64,000 bases of DNA from Akkermansia sp. (GTDB lineage Bacteria; Verrucomicrobiota; Verrucomicrobiia; Verrucomicrobiales; Akkermansiaceae). Under the pieces are notes generated by a model. It had not been told where the DNA came from, searched no databases, and saw only the letters and a program-made list of their open reading frames with translations. Positions within the stretch are counted from its first letter, which is position 1. The number at the start of each line of letters is the position of its first letter. Positions 1 to 9,661 of the stretch are shown piece by piece. The DNA lies in assembly GCA_017415995.1 (NCBI GenBank), contig JAFQDN010000020.1, positions 583 to 64,582 of the forward strand. Direction: 5' to 3'. A program made the translations under genes and the position numbers.

Positions 1-123
1 GCCAAAGGACGCCGAACCGTGCCGCAGATTGCCCGTGTGTATTGCAAGAGCACGAGCTCATGGATTCGCCACGTGAATGGCTACATGACCCGCATTCGCA
101 ATGGTGAGTTCGGTGCTCTCTGA
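1..123 (+). CDS. 3' end of an unidentified CDS entering from upstream (...NGYMTRIRNGEFGAL*)
   Basis: Frame 1 is open from the window edge to TGA at 121-123 and is followed by a strong hairpin. 40 aa is too short to name a product. Confidence 0.4.
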   Translation, partial: AKGRRTVPQIARVYCKSTSSWIRHVNGYMTRIRNGEFGAL

Positions 124-142
124 TACTCGTTTTACTTTATTC

Positions 143-196
143 ATTCCGCATAAAAAGAGCCACAGCTCAACAGCTGTGGCTCTTTTTATGCGGAAT
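143..196. terminator. Bidirectional intrinsic terminator between convergent genes
   Basis: 25-bp perfect inverted repeat (143-167 / 172-196) with core GAGCCACAGCT/AGCTGTGGCTC. It is flanked by an A5 run on the left and a T5 run on the right. Confidence 0.75.
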
Positions 197-212
197 TATC
201 CGGTGGGTGGCG

Positions 213-1304
213 TCAGCGGAGCTTGAGGACATCCACCACGGCTGAGGTGATTTCCTTCATGTCATCCATGCAGAGCTCGCCCATGTGGGCAATGCGGAAT
301 GTCTTATCCTTCAGCCCGCCGTAGCCGTTGCCTAACTGCATGTTACGCTCAGCCAATGCTTTGTTGAGCTCCGGAATGGAGATGAGCTCATCACAGCCCT
401 TGGGGTGTGCATCAATAACGGTGAGTGTCTTGGAAAGATGGTTGCGGTTGGGATACACGCGGAAATACTCATCCGCCCAAGCGCGAGTATACTCGGCGCA
501 TTGTTCATGGCGTGCGAATCGTGCCTCGATGCCCTCTTCATTCACAATGTGTTGCAGCTGCTTATCAAGCGCATACATGAGGGAAAGGCAGGGGGTGGAG
601 GTGTATTGGTAGTTCTTTTTGTCAATGAAGTCCCACAGGGTGCGCAAATCAAAATACAGCCCGCGGTTTTGTACGGATGCCGTGCGCTCGTAGGCTTTGG
701 TGCTCATGGCGCAGATGGATAATCCGGGGGGGAGTGCCAGTGCCTTTTGGGTGGAGGTAATCAGAACATCAATCCCCAGCTTGTCCGTCTCAATCTTGGA
801 GCCGGCTGCCGAGGAAACGGCATCCACCAACCATACCACATCCGGGTATTTTTTCATGACCTCTGCTATCTCTTCCACCGGGTTTTGAATGCCGGATGAC
901 GTCTCATTGTGGGTAACGGTAATGACATCATACTTGCCGGTGGAGAGGGCTGCATCCACCATTTCCGGTGTGGTAGGTTCTCCCATTTCGCTGGAGAATT
1001 TGTCTGCCGGTATACCGTTGACCTGGGCCATTTTGAACCACTTGTCGCCGAATGCTCCCACGGAGAATACTGCTGCGCGCTTGGCCGTGCAGGAGCGGAT
1101 TGCGCCCTCCATCAGCCCGGAGCCCGAGGATGTGGAAAGCAGGATTCGGTTGTCGGTAAAGAGCACCTTCTGCATGTTGTCAGAGATGCGCTTCTGGATT
1201 TCAGAGGCTTTCTTGGAGCGGTGCCCTATCATTGGCAAGCTCATTTCTGCCAGTATGTCCTCCGACACAATGGTCGGTCCCGGTATGAACAGTTTGATAG
1301 CCAT
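213..1304 (-). CDS. PLP-dependent class V aminotransferase (serine-pyruvate / alanine-glyoxylate aminotransferase-like)
   Basis: ORF 213-1400. N-terminus MAIKLFIPGPT..., SSGSG, THNETSSG and the TSTQKALALPPGL lysine motif are typical of aminotransferase class V. Start set at the MAIKLF Met (1304). Confidence 0.85.
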   Translation of the reverse strand: MAIKLFIPGPTIVSEDILAEMSLPMIGHRSKKASEIQKRISDNMQKVLFTDNRILLSTSSGSGLMEGAIRSCTAKRAAVFSVGAFGDKWFKMAQVNGIPADKFSSEMGEPTTPEMVDAALSTGKYDVITVTHNETSSGIQNPVEEIAEVMKKYPDVVWLVDAVSSAAGSKIETDKLGIDVLITSTQKALALPPGLSICAMSTKAYERTASVQNRGLYFDLRTLWDFIDKKNYQYTSTPCLSLMYALDKQLQHIVNEEGIEARFARHEQCAEYTRAWADEYFRVYPNRNHLSKTLTVIDAHPKGCDELISIPELNKALAERNMQLGNGYGGLKDKTFRIAHMGELCMDDMKEITSAVVDVLKLR

Positions 1305-1430
1305 AATTGCAAAATTGGGTTCAACTGTGCCTATGCTAGCATGTTTTTTTTCCGTTGGCGAGAATAAAGTTATGAAGTTGACAAAGAAGAGGATTGCCAA
1401 AGCCTGTGTTATTTGTTAAAATTGGCGTGT

Positions 1431-2462
1431 ATGAAGCACCTGAGCATTCTCTCAATTTTTGCCGCATGCTGTTTGTTCAGCGTGCATGCAGATGGCGCAG
1501 CCGATAAGCCGGCACCGCCTAAGCCTAAACCTCAGCGAATTGTAAATCGCGTGGCGGCCGTTGTCAATGGGCGTCCCATTACCTCGTCTGAGGTGCGTGC
1601 CCGCCTCATGCCGTATGTGCAGGAGTTGACGATGCTGTATCCGAATCAGGGGTCAAGATTCAACGGTGAGTTGATTAAGGCCAAGAAAGCCGTGTTGGAT
1701 GAACTGATTGAGCGAGAACTTGTATTGAGTGACTTTGAGGGCAGGGGACTGAGCATGCCGGATTCTGCTGTTGAAGAGGAAATCAACCGCCGTATCATGC
1801 AGCGCTACAACGGTAATAGGGATGCCTTGCTCAAGTACCTGCGCGCCAGTGGTATGACATACAGTGAGTTCCGTGATTCTGTTCGCAAGGAGGTGACCGT
1901 TATGGCCATGCGTACCGCTCGTTATGACCGTGATATTCCGCCGACTCCGGATGAAATCCGGGCCGAGTACCGTGCTACGCGTTCCGATTACCGAGATGTG
2001 ACACGTGACCAAATTCGTTATGAGAAGATTTATGTTCCCTTCGGCTCCGGGGATGACCCCAACGCAACCCTGGAAGAACAGAAAGCCTTTGCATTTGCCT
2101 TGACGGATGCCATTAAGAAAGGTGAAATCTCATTTGCTGATGCTGCTCGACAGTACTCGCAGGATGAGTTTGCAGACCAAGGCGGGCAATGGCCTTTCCG
2201 CAAACGCTCTGACCACGCGCCTGAGTTTGCTAACATCATATTCTCACTGCCTAAGGGTGAGCTTGCCGGTCCAATTTTGACGCCAGGCGGCTTCACCATT
2301 GTACGCGTGCAGGAGATAAAGAAAGCACCCGCTCCCTCACTGAATGCTCCGGGTATTAAGGCTCGCGTGGATGACTCAGTGCGCCGTAAGAAGAGCGAGA
2401 AACGCTACCGTGAGTGGATAAAGCGCTTACGCAGTAAGGCTGTTATTCGCATCTACATCTGA
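1431..2462 (+). CDS. SurA-like periplasmic chaperone / parvulin-type peptidyl-prolyl isomerase
   Basis: Signal peptide MKHLSILSIFAACCLFSVHA, a SurA-N-like helical region (RIVNRVAAVVNGRPITSSEV) and a C-terminal PpiC-like segment (GGQWPF...GPILTPGGFTIVRV). Confidence 0.8.
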   Translation: MKHLSILSIFAACCLFSVHADGAADKPAPPKPKPQRIVNRVAAVVNGRPITSSEVRARLMPYVQELTMLYPNQGSRFNGELIKAKKAVLDELIERELVLSDFEGRGLSMPDSAVEEEINRRIMQRYNGNRDALLKYLRASGMTYSEFRDSVRKEVTVMAMRTARYDRDIPPTPDEIRAEYRATRSDYRDVTRDQIRYEKIYVPFGSGDDPNATLEEQKAFAFALTDAIKKGEISFADAARQYSQDEFADQGGQWPFRKRSDHAPEFANIIFSLPKGELAGPILTPGGFTIVRVQEIKKAPAPSLNAPGIKARVDDSVRRKKSEKRYREWIKRLRSKAVIRIYI

Positions 2463-2483
2463 TAGGGAGAGGCTTGGTATTTC

Positions 2484-2522
2484 AAAAAAATGCAGCAGGG
2501 GTAACCTTACTGCATTTTTTTT
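2484..2522 (+). terminator. Possible weak intrinsic terminator after the PPIase gene
   Basis: A7-TGCAG...CTGCA-T10 arrangement. The stem is short. Confidence 0.35.
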
Positions 2523-2592
2523 ACTGCGTAGACCGTAGCTGGCGTTCTTTAGACTTGATATTTGGGCTGCGTCAGCGTATGCTTGGTGTGCG

Positions 2593-3729
2593 ATGAATAT
2601 CCAACTTTTCAAGGAACTTTGCGAGGCGACCGGAGCTTCCGGTTTTGAGTACGGAATTCGTGATTTGATTATCCGCGAGATGACGCCGCTGGCTGATTCC
2701 ATCTCCGTGGATAACATGGGTAACGTGATTGCCGTAATCAAAGGCAAATGCAGCGATAAGAAGATTATGTGCGCTGCGCACATGGATGAAATCGGCTTCA
2801 TTGTTCGCCATATTGATGACAACGGCTTTATCCGCATTTTGCCGCTCGGCGGGTTTGACCCCAAGACCCTCACGGCTCAGCGCGTTACGGTACACGGCAC
2901 CAAAGATTTGCCCGGGTGCATGGGTGTAAAACCCATCCACGTTATGTCCCCGGAGGAGCGTACGAAGATGCCGGCCGTTACGGATTATGTGGTAGATGTG
3001 GGTCTGCCCAAGGAAGAGGTGGAGAAGTACGTCTCCATTGGTGATTCCATTACCCGCATCGGTAACTTGGTGGAGATGGGTGATTGCCTGAACGTCAAGA
3101 GTATAGATAACCGTGGCGGCTGCTACCTGCTGATTGAGGCGGTGCGTGCCATCATCTCTGCCGGTGAAAAACCGGATTATGACCTCTACGCCGTGTTCTC
3201 CGTGCAAGAGGAAGTCGGTCTTCGCGGAGCTCAGGCAGCCACCATCAGCATTCAGCCTGATTTCTCCTTTGCTCTGGATGTAACAATCGCATTCGATACT
3301 CCCGGTTCCGGGGCTCATGACAAGTGCACGGTGCTCGGCAAAGGAACTGCCGTTAAAGTGTACGATGGCACGCTCATCACGGATAACCGCATGGTGAAAT
3401 TTATGACAGCGCTGTGTGAGGAAGGGAATATTCCCTACCAGTTGGAGTTGCTCTCCGCCGGTGGTACAGATGCCGGAGCCATGCAGAAGTTCTGTGCCGG
3501 TGGTTCTATTGCCGGTGCTGTTTCCATCCCGGTGCGTAATGTGCATCAGAGTATCGAAATGGCTCATAAGACGGATATTCAGGCCAGTGTGGACCTGCTG
3601 GCAGCTTGCTTCTCTTCGCTTTCTCGTTGGGATTGGTCATGGGAACGCAAAGTACGCACTCTTGCCCCCAAGGCTGCCCCTTGCGAGAGTAAGCCGGCTC
3701 CCAAGAAAAGATGCTGCCGTAAAAAGTAA
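2593..3729 (+). CDS. M42 family metallopeptidase (glutamyl aminopeptidase / FrvX-like)
   Basis: MNIQLFKELCEATGASGFE..., AHMDEIGF, IDNRGG and EEVGLRGA motifs are characteristic of peptidase M42. Confidence 0.85.
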   Translation: MNIQLFKELCEATGASGFEYGIRDLIIREMTPLADSISVDNMGNVIAVIKGKCSDKKIMCAAHMDEIGFIVRHIDDNGFIRILPLGGFDPKTLTAQRVTVHGTKDLPGCMGVKPIHVMSPEERTKMPAVTDYVVDVGLPKEEVEKYVSIGDSITRIGNLVEMGDCLNVKSIDNRGGCYLLIEAVRAIISAGEKPDYDLYAVFSVQEEVGLRGAQAATISIQPDFSFALDVTIAFDTPGSGAHDKCTVLGKGTAVKVYDGTLITDNRMVKFMTALCEEGNIPYQLELLSAGGTDAGAMQKFCAGGSIAGAVSIPVRNVHQSIEMAHKTDIQASVDLLAACFSSLSRWDWSWERKVRTLAPKAAPCESKPAPKKRCCRKK

Positions 3730-3756
3730 CATTTCTCTCTTATTTGGATAACCTTT

Positions 3757-3784
3757 ACGCTGTTCCGTGTATGCGGAACAGCGT
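3757..3784 (+). terminator. Hairpin after the M42 peptidase gene
   Basis: ACGCTGTTCCG / CGGAACAGCGT 11-bp stem with a 6-nt loop, followed by only a short TTT. Confidence 0.5.
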
Positions 3785-3875
3785 TTGGCTATAATAAGAG
3801 CTTAATTAAGGTGTTTCTGACGCCGAAAATACTTGATAGCCTCGCATTCTTGTGTTACATTACCCGTAACGCAAT

Positions 3876-4655
3876 ATGGTATACCTGAATAAAGTTAAGT
3901 TTATAGCAGCCTTGTGTGCGCTGTTGCTTTGCTGTTGTTCTTTGTGGGCCGGACAGACTTCGGCCGATGACCCCGCACCCCGCTACCGCAATCCCTTCCG
4001 GGCTATGTCTGAGCGCTCTTCGCAGCCGGTTAATATCCGTATCTCCTCAGAGTGGCAACTTACGGATGCTCAACGCCGTACGGCTATGCGTCCGCCGGTT
4101 ATGAAAATTGATGCCTACAAAATCCGCTTCCTCTACCCGGAGGATTTGGAGCCGACTCCTGAGCAAGTAGCGGATGGTTCTGCACTTACGCGCAACCAGC
4201 GCAAATACATGCAGCGTGCTCGCAGAGCAGCCTTGCGTGAGGCTATATGGCGCGTCAGCGTTGAGGCCGAGGCGTATAATCGCGTCCATTCGGAAAAACT
4301 CGCCGCCATTGAAAAACAGGGACGCCACATTATTATCAATCTTACGGAACAACGCGGTTATTACATGGAGGGCTCTCAGCAGATCCGTACCTTTAGGGTG
4401 TGTTCCGGCAAGCGTTCTACACCAACCCCGACCGGCCACTTCCATATTCAGGAAAAAGACCGCCACCACCGTTCTAATCTTTACCATGCCTCTATGCCCT
4501 TTTTTATGCGCCTGACGCTGGATGGCGTGGGCTTGCACCAAGGCCCGATTCGGGGGTATCCGTCATCTCATGGCTGTATTCGCCTGTATTGGGATGATGC
4601 CCGCTTCCTCTTTGAAAGGTGTGAGGTAGGTACGGCTGTTTTTGTGATAAAGTAG
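3876..4655 (+). CDS. L,D-transpeptidase (YkuD domain), exported
   Basis: Signal peptide plus a C-terminal YkuD signature: TPTPTGHFHI...HQGPIRGYPSSHGCIRL (catalytic His/Cys). Confidence 0.85.
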   Translation: MVYLNKVKFIAALCALLLCCCSLWAGQTSADDPAPRYRNPFRAMSERSSQPVNIRISSEWQLTDAQRRTAMRPPVMKIDAYKIRFLYPEDLEPTPEQVADGSALTRNQRKYMQRARRAALREAIWRVSVEAEAYNRVHSEKLAAIEKQGRHIIINLTEQRGYYMEGSQQIRTFRVCSGKRSTPTPTGHFHIQEKDRHHRSNLYHASMPFFMRLTLDGVGLHQGPIRGYPSSHGCIRLYWDDARFLFERCEVGTAVFVIK

Positions 4656-4657
4656 TG

Positions 4658-5194
4658 ATGGTGAATATGCAACTGAAAATCAGACCCGCATGTACCGATG
4701 ATATTGAGCAGCTGCGTTTGTTGTATGATGAAATCATCGACGCGATGGATGCCTCTCGTTGGCATGCTCAATGGCGCAAGGACGGTTATCCCTCGCGGGA
4801 GGACTTGTTAGCCAAAGCCATTGCGGCAGAGCTCTGGGTGTGTGAATATTCCGGTGAGCTTGCGGCTGCCATGGTGCTTAATCATTCGTATAATCCGGGC
4901 TATTCACAAGCTCCGTGGCAAGTGGAATGTGGGGAGGATGAGGTGCTGTGCATTCACACGCTTGGGGTGTCTCCGCGTTTTCAGCGCTGCGGCATTGCCT
5001 CTGCCATGGTGCATCATGCCATTGCCATCGCGCGCGCTTCCTCCTGCAAATGCCTGCGTTTGGATGTCATCAATACCAACCGTCCGGCTGATTTGCTATA
5101 TTTGCGCCTTGGCTTTTGCTGTCGCGGTGCTTTTACTCTCAACTATGAAGGGGCTGTCTGCACGCAGTTTAATCTGTACGAGTACGTACTCTGA
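4658..5194 (+). CDS. GNAT family N-acetyltransferase
   Basis: LGVSPRFQRCGIASAMV acetyl-CoA binding motif (Q/RxxGxG/A). The first ATG is at 4658 and a GTG at 4655 overlaps the upstream stop. Confidence 0.8.
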   Translation: MVNMQLKIRPACTDDIEQLRLLYDEIIDAMDASRWHAQWRKDGYPSREDLLAKAIAAELWVCEYSGELAAAMVLNHSYNPGYSQAPWQVECGEDEVLCIHTLGVSPRFQRCGIASAMVHHAIAIARASSCKCLRLDVINTNRPADLLYLRLGFCCRGAFTLNYEGAVCTQFNLYEYVL

Positions 5195-5647
5195 TTATCC
5201 TTGTTGGCATACCAGCGGGAATCGCTGAGAAAGCGGGTAATCCGGTACCTTTATCAGCTCTACTCCGTACATGGCTGCTATCTCCGGGGCTCGGGACTCT
5301 GCATAGTCCTCCCCGTAATATATGGTTTTTACCCCGTGGGCGCATAATGCCTGCATGCACGAGGTGCAGGGCATGGTGGTGCATGCCACTATCTTTGCCT
5401 CGCCTCGCTTAAAGAGACTGCACAAGTTGATTTCCGCATGCAGCATGTATTTTTGCCGCTCCGCGCGCGATGCCCAGAACCCTTCCGGTGCTGTAAACCC
5501 CGGAAAAAGTCCGTTGTACGCCGTGCCTATTACGCGGTTATCCTTATCCAATGCGGCTGCGCCCACCTTACGGTAGGGATCCTCGGACCTCAGCGCTGCC
5601 ACATGGGCAAGTGCCATAACATACTGCGGTATGGAAAGTCGGCTCAT
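5195..5647 (-). CDS. dCMP/CMP deaminase family zinc enzyme
   Basis: HAEINL ... PCTSCMQAL zinc-binding motifs (H-A-E, PCxxC). Confidence 0.8.
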   Translation of the reverse strand: MSRLSIPQYVMALAHVAALRSEDPYRKVGAAALDKDNRVIGTAYNGLFPGFTAPEGFWASRAERQKYMLHAEINLCSLFKRGEAKIVACTTMPCTSCMQALCAHGVKTIYYGEDYAESRAPEIAAMYGVELIKVPDYPLSQRFPLVCQQG

Positions 5648-5760
5648 GCCCCTATCATACAGTTCTGCTCTACCATTGCAAGCGAAAAATGCCTTCGGGT
5701 ATCATTCTCGGATTTTTTGCTGGACAGAGCATGGGTGCTTTGCTATAAGAGGCATGGACT

Positions 5761-6540
5761 ATGAAAGATTTTTACAATCCGTTGCTGATGCTTGTCATCG
5801 TTGTGCTGCTCGCCTGCCGAATCAGTGGTGCAGGGGATAGCGGTAATATGGAATTGTGGGCGCTGGTATTGTGTTCCACCGGTTTTTTGGTGGATGGTGC
5901 TTTGGCTGTAGCGCGTGCTTTGTCTCGCCGGCCTGCTGTGATGCCCATGGTATGGTCCGTGGTGTACCTCATTACGGGATGCTGTGTGTGGGTGATGATT
6001 ACGACGGCGCAAGAAGCAAAGGCGGATGAGCTGGCTGAGTTCCGCGCCATGTATGCAGAGTTCCGCAACGGTTCCGATATTAATGCTCGCAACGCATCAG
6101 GTGAAACACTGCTTGCCCTTGCCGTGGAATGCGGACGCGAAAATGTGGTGCGCGAGTTGGTTGCCCGGCAGGATGTATCCCGCGAAACCTTGCATGAGGC
6201 TGCCTTGCGCGCTGTTGAATGCGAGCGCCCCTTGGAGTTGGAGCTTTTGCTGAATGCCGGGGTTGAGGTGAACGCTCCCATTGGTGGCTCTACTCTGTTG
6301 TGTACGGCAGCTGCTGCCGGTAAGCATGCTGTTCTCCCTCTCTTGTTGGAGCGCGGTGCCGACCCCAACCAAACGGATGCCGAGGGAACCCCGGCGCTGA
6401 TTCATGGCGTGGTATCCGGCCATACCGGGGTGGTGCGTACCCTGCGCGCAGCCGGTGCCGACCCCGCCCTTACGGATTCCCATGGGCGCACGGCTGTCTC
6501 GTTTGCCCGTTCTCAAAAAATGGAAGAAGCTTTACAATAA
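5761..6540 (+). CDS. Membrane-anchored ankyrin-repeat protein
   Basis: Three N-terminal hydrophobic helices followed by Ank repeats (GETLLALAVECGRENVVRELV, GSTLLCTAAAAGKHAVLPLLLERGADPN, GTPALIHGVVSGHTGVVRTLRAAGADP). Confidence 0.75.
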   Translation: MKDFYNPLLMLVIVVLLACRISGAGDSGNMELWALVLCSTGFLVDGALAVARALSRRPAVMPMVWSVVYLITGCCVWVMITTAQEAKADELAEFRAMYAEFRNGSDINARNASGETLLALAVECGRENVVRELVARQDVSRETLHEAALRAVECERPLELELLLNAGVEVNAPIGGSTLLCTAAAAGKHAVLPLLLERGADPNQTDAEGTPALIHGVVSGHTGVVRTLRAAGADPALTDSHGRTAVSFARSQKMEEALQ

Positions 6541-7457
6541 TGAATGCCCCATCCCTTATCAAATACCTGCCTTTGTGTTTGTTGGTTCTCGGTGCCCGAG
6601 CGGAGGATTTTACGCTTGCCGACGGTACCGTGCTGAAGGATGCCGAGGTGCTCCGCCAGAGCTCGGAAGAGGTTCAAATTCGCCACGCCGGAGGTATTGA
6701 GAAATTCTCATACACGGAGCTCAGCCCCGAGCTTCAACAGCGCTTCGAGATGACCCCGGCGCAGGTGGATGCTCGCAAAAATGCTGCCCGTGAGGCTGCG
6801 GAAAATAAACGTATTGCACGCGAGCAGGCTAAGGCTGAACGCGAGCGTGCTCTAAAGGAGGCTCAAGCTGCCCGCGAGGCTGCCCTCCAAGCTGCCGGTA
6901 AGTACCCTCGCTATGTGAATGGGGCGGAGGTTATCCGCCTGTGTAGTGCATTCCTGACGCTGGATGCCCGTGTGGCGGAGTTTTTGGCTGCCGAGTGGAA
7001 CCGCCGTGAGGCCTTGCGCATGGAGCTGCCGGCGGATGCTGAGCGCTTTGCGTCCGATGCTGCGGCTCTTCGTAAGGATTTTGAGCAAGACCGCGCCGCT
7101 CTTGCTGCTTCCAAGACCGAGGTGGAGAAATTGCGTACCCAAACCCAAGCCCAGAGTGCCGAGCTCCAACGTAAAGATGCGGAAATTGCAGCATTGAGAG
7201 CTCAGGTGGCTGAGTTGAATAAGGAACTGGGGCGTGCAGAGGCTCAGAGTGATAACTCTTCCTCCGGCACAGTGGTGATTGATCGCCCTGTCTATGTCCC
7301 TACATACGTTCCTACTCCGGTCATTGTGCCCGGCTGTGGACGGCGGGGACACTCCTCACACCATACGCGTCCGCATCGCCCCACACCCGCCCGCCCGGGT
7401 GGCCATATTCCTCCCCCCAGGCCTGCTAATTCTGCACATACTATTCCTCGCCGCTGA
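6540..7457 (+). CDS. Exported coiled-coil protein with a Pro/Arg-rich tail
   Basis: Signal peptide, a long A/E/R/K heptad-like region and a C-terminal PHRPTPARPGGHIPPPRP. The ATG overlaps the upstream TAA (TAATG), suggesting translational coupling. Confidence 0.6.
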   Translation: MNAPSLIKYLPLCLLVLGARAEDFTLADGTVLKDAEVLRQSSEEVQIRHAGGIEKFSYTELSPELQQRFEMTPAQVDARKNAAREAAENKRIAREQAKAERERALKEAQAAREAALQAAGKYPRYVNGAEVIRLCSAFLTLDARVAEFLAAEWNRREALRMELPADAERFASDAAALRKDFEQDRAALAASKTEVEKLRTQTQAQSAELQRKDAEIAALRAQVAELNKELGRAEAQSDNSSSGTVVIDRPVYVPTYVPTPVIVPGCGRRGHSSHHTRPHRPTPARPGGHIPPPRPANSAHTIPRR

Positions 7458-7474
7458 GGCAGGTTGAAAATACC

Positions 7475-7514
7475 ACACGCGCCCGCCACGGCTCTAAGCG
7501 TGGCGGGCGCGTGT
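7475..7514. terminator. Bidirectional GC-rich hairpin between convergent genes
   Basis: 16-bp stem 7475-7490 / 7499-7514 (ACACGCGCCCGCCACG / CGTGGCGGGCGCGTGT) with an 8-nt loop. Confidence 0.7.
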
Positions 7515-7538
7515 TGTCTTGATGAATCTTTCCTTCGC

Positions 7539-8615
7539 TTACTCTCCAAGGGTGCTTGCCAACATGGATGCAACACCTTGGAATGCGGCTGCTACCATGC
7601 TTTGCCCCGGGTCCTCCAAGGCTACGGGATGCCCCTCGTCGCCACAGGAGCGGGTTTGAATATCCAAAGGAATGCGGCCGAGCAGCGGAACTCCCAGCTT
7701 TTGAGCCTCGCGCTCGCCGCCACCTTCGCCGAAGATGTTGTATACCAGACCATCGCTGGGGCATACAAAGTAGCTCATGTTTTCAATCAGACCGAGAATG
7801 GGCGTTTCCACGCGCTGGAAGAGACCGACTGCCTTACGCGCATCGATGAGGGCGACCTCCTGCGGGGTTGTGACGATGACGGCTCCGGCCAAATCCACCG
7901 TCTGCACGATGGTCAACTGAATATCGCCCGTGCCCGGAGGCATGTCGAGAATGAGGAAGTCCAGGCCACCCCACTCTACATCTCGCAGAAATTGCTGCAC
8001 GTACCGTGTGGCAAGAGGCCCGCGTACCGCAACGGGGGAAGCCTCGTCTATCATTAACCCCATGGAAAGCAGCTTGATGCCGTGTGCCTCTACCGGAAGA
8101 AATTGCTCCTTCTCTGAGCAACCCGGCCTTTCCTTGGTTCCGAACATCAGCGCCATGGACGGACCGTAGATATCTAAATCCAGCAGTCCTACCTTGTAGC
8201 CCAAACGCGAAAGCGCAACTGCCAAATTGGCTGAAACGGTGCTTTTGCCCACACCTCCTTTACCGGAGGCAACGGCAATGACGTGTTTGACACCGGGTAC
8301 GCTGGATTTCCAATCGGCTGGGTCATCGTTGGCCGTGGCCTTTTTGACGCTCTTGGGTGCATGGTGCTCGATATTCACATCCAGTTGTTTGACACCGGGT
8401 AATTCTTTGACGACTGCCATGACGTTCTCGTATATATAGCGCGGAACATCGGCATTTTTACTCTCTATCAGCAACTCCACCACGACGGCTCCATTTTCAT
8501 CCACCGTAATGTTCTTCACCAACCCGAAGGAGACGATGTCTCGGCTGAACCCCGGGTATTTCACTGTTGTCAGTGCCGCGCGTATCAGCGCAGGCGTTAA
8601 TTGCGGTTCACTCAT
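7539..8615 (-). CDS. apbC: Mrp/NBP35 family Fe-S cluster carrier ATPase (ApbC)
   Basis: N-terminal MIP18/DUF59-like region, deviant Walker [12 protein letters not shown] and a CPSDG motif. Confidence 0.9.
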   Translation of the reverse strand: MSEPQLTPALIRAALTTVKYPGFSRDIVSFGLVKNITVDENGAVVVELLIESKNADVPRYIYENVMAVVKELPGVKQLDVNIEHHAPKSVKKATANDDPADWKSSVPGVKHVIAVASGKGGVGKSTVSANLAVALSRLGYKVGLLDLDIYGPSMALMFGTKERPGCSEKEQFLPVEAHGIKLLSMGLMIDEASPVAVRGPLATRYVQQFLRDVEWGGLDFLILDMPPGTGDIQLTIVQTVDLAGAVIVTTPQEVALIDARKAVGLFQRVETPILGLIENMSYFVCPSDGLVYNIFGEGGGEREAQKLGVPLLGRIPLDIQTRSCGDEGHPVALEDPGQSMVAAAFQGVASMLASTLGE

Positions 8616-8767
8616 GTTTGTTTCAGTATGCTGCCCGCAATGCTACCACATTTTTGCCCCTTTTTCAAGTTCCAATTGTGCCAGCCTGCTCTCGCTATGA
8701 AAAATATTTTCAGGAATTGCGTTATTTTTCTTGCCAAATAGAAAAAAAGGAGTATTATTCCTGCACC

Positions 8768-8977
8768 ATGACTCGAAAAGGTGGTATCAACAAGACGCGT
8801 AAGGCTGTTGCCAAGCGTTTCAAGGTGACCGGCTCGGGCAAGGTTCTGCGTCGCAAGCAGGGTAAGCGTCACATCCTCCAGAAGAAGTCCAGTAAGCGCA
8901 AACGCGCTTTGGGCAAACCCGCTCTGGTGGACGCCACCCAGGTTTGGGCCGTTAAGCAGAACATGCCCTTCGCTTAA
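8768..8977 (+). CDS. rpmI: 50S ribosomal protein L35
   Basis: 69 aa: MTRKGGINKTRKAVAKRFKVTGSGKVLRRKQGKRHIL... Confidence 0.9.
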   Translation: MTRKGGINKTRKAVAKRFKVTGSGKVLRRKQGKRHILQKKSSKRKRALGKPALVDATQVWAVKQNMPFA

Positions 8978-9130
8978 AACCGAGGAACATGGCCACAAGC
9001 CAAGTCCCGCCCGCTATTCGGGCGGCCTTCTTGCAGCCTTCCCGGCGTATTTTTCGCCGCGGATAGAACGGACGAGACTGCAGGGAGGTGAGGAAGAACA
9101 GTCCGCTCACAATAGACAATATAGAAACAT

Positions 9131-9514
9131 ATGGCACGTGCTACAAATGGGCCGGCTTCACGCGCCCGCCGCAAGCGCATCCTGCTTCGCGCCAAGGGCT
9201 TCCGCGGTTTCCGCAGCAAGCTCTTCCGTTACGCTAAGGATGCTGTCTACAAAGCATGGCAGTATGAGTACCGCGACCGCAAGAAGAGGAAGGGCCAATT
9301 CCGCCGCCTCTGGACTGCTCGTATCTCTGCCGCTGTGCGTCCCCTCGGTCTGACCTACTCCCGCTTCATGGAGGGTCTTAAGGCCGCTAACGTTGATCTG
9401 GACCGCAAGTCCCTGTCCGAGCTGGCTATCGCCAACCCGGAGGCTTTCAAGGCTGTATTCGAGCTCGCCAAGAAGGCTATCGACGCTAAGGAGGGTGCTG
9501 CTCTCAAGGCGTAA
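9131..9514 (+). CDS. rplT: 50S ribosomal protein L20
   Basis: MARATNGPASRARRKRILLRAKGFRG...YAKDAVYKAWQYEYRDRKKRK is canonical L20. Confidence 0.95.
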   Translation: MARATNGPASRARRKRILLRAKGFRGFRSKLFRYAKDAVYKAWQYEYRDRKKRKGQFRRLWTARISAAVRPLGLTYSRFMEGLKAANVDLDRKSLSELAIANPEAFKAVFELAKKAIDAKEGAALKA

Positions 9515-9546
9515 GAAGCTGAATCGAACAGTAAACATTTACAAAA

Positions 9547-9579
9547 AACGGATACTTTCTTCGGAAAGTATCCGTTTTT
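9547..9579 (+). terminator. Intrinsic terminator after rplT
   Basis: 13-bp stem AACGGATACTTTC / GAAAGTATCCGTT, a TTCG loop and a T-run. Confidence 0.8.
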
Positions 9580-9661
9580 AGCGTACCCCGTTTAATGATA
9601 ATGTCACGTACGGTGGCGAGAGAAAGGGGCGCAAGTGCCCCCCTTCTCGATTAATGAATGA

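Noticed and set aside
2572-3567. 331-aa minus-strand ORF opposite the M42 peptidase gene
   Set aside because: The plus strand carries canonical M42 motifs and the antisense translation is featureless.
5192-5197. Abutting stop codons of convergent GNAT and dCMP deaminase genes (zero-nt spacer)
   Set aside because: This is real in the sequence but a common compact arrangement, and no further signal was found.
8731-8767. TTGCCA-17-TATTAT promoter that would make rpmI leaderless
   Set aside because: The same stretch contains AAGGAG (8748-8753), which could instead be a Shine-Dalgarno element. The two readings conflict and cannot be resolved from sequence alone.
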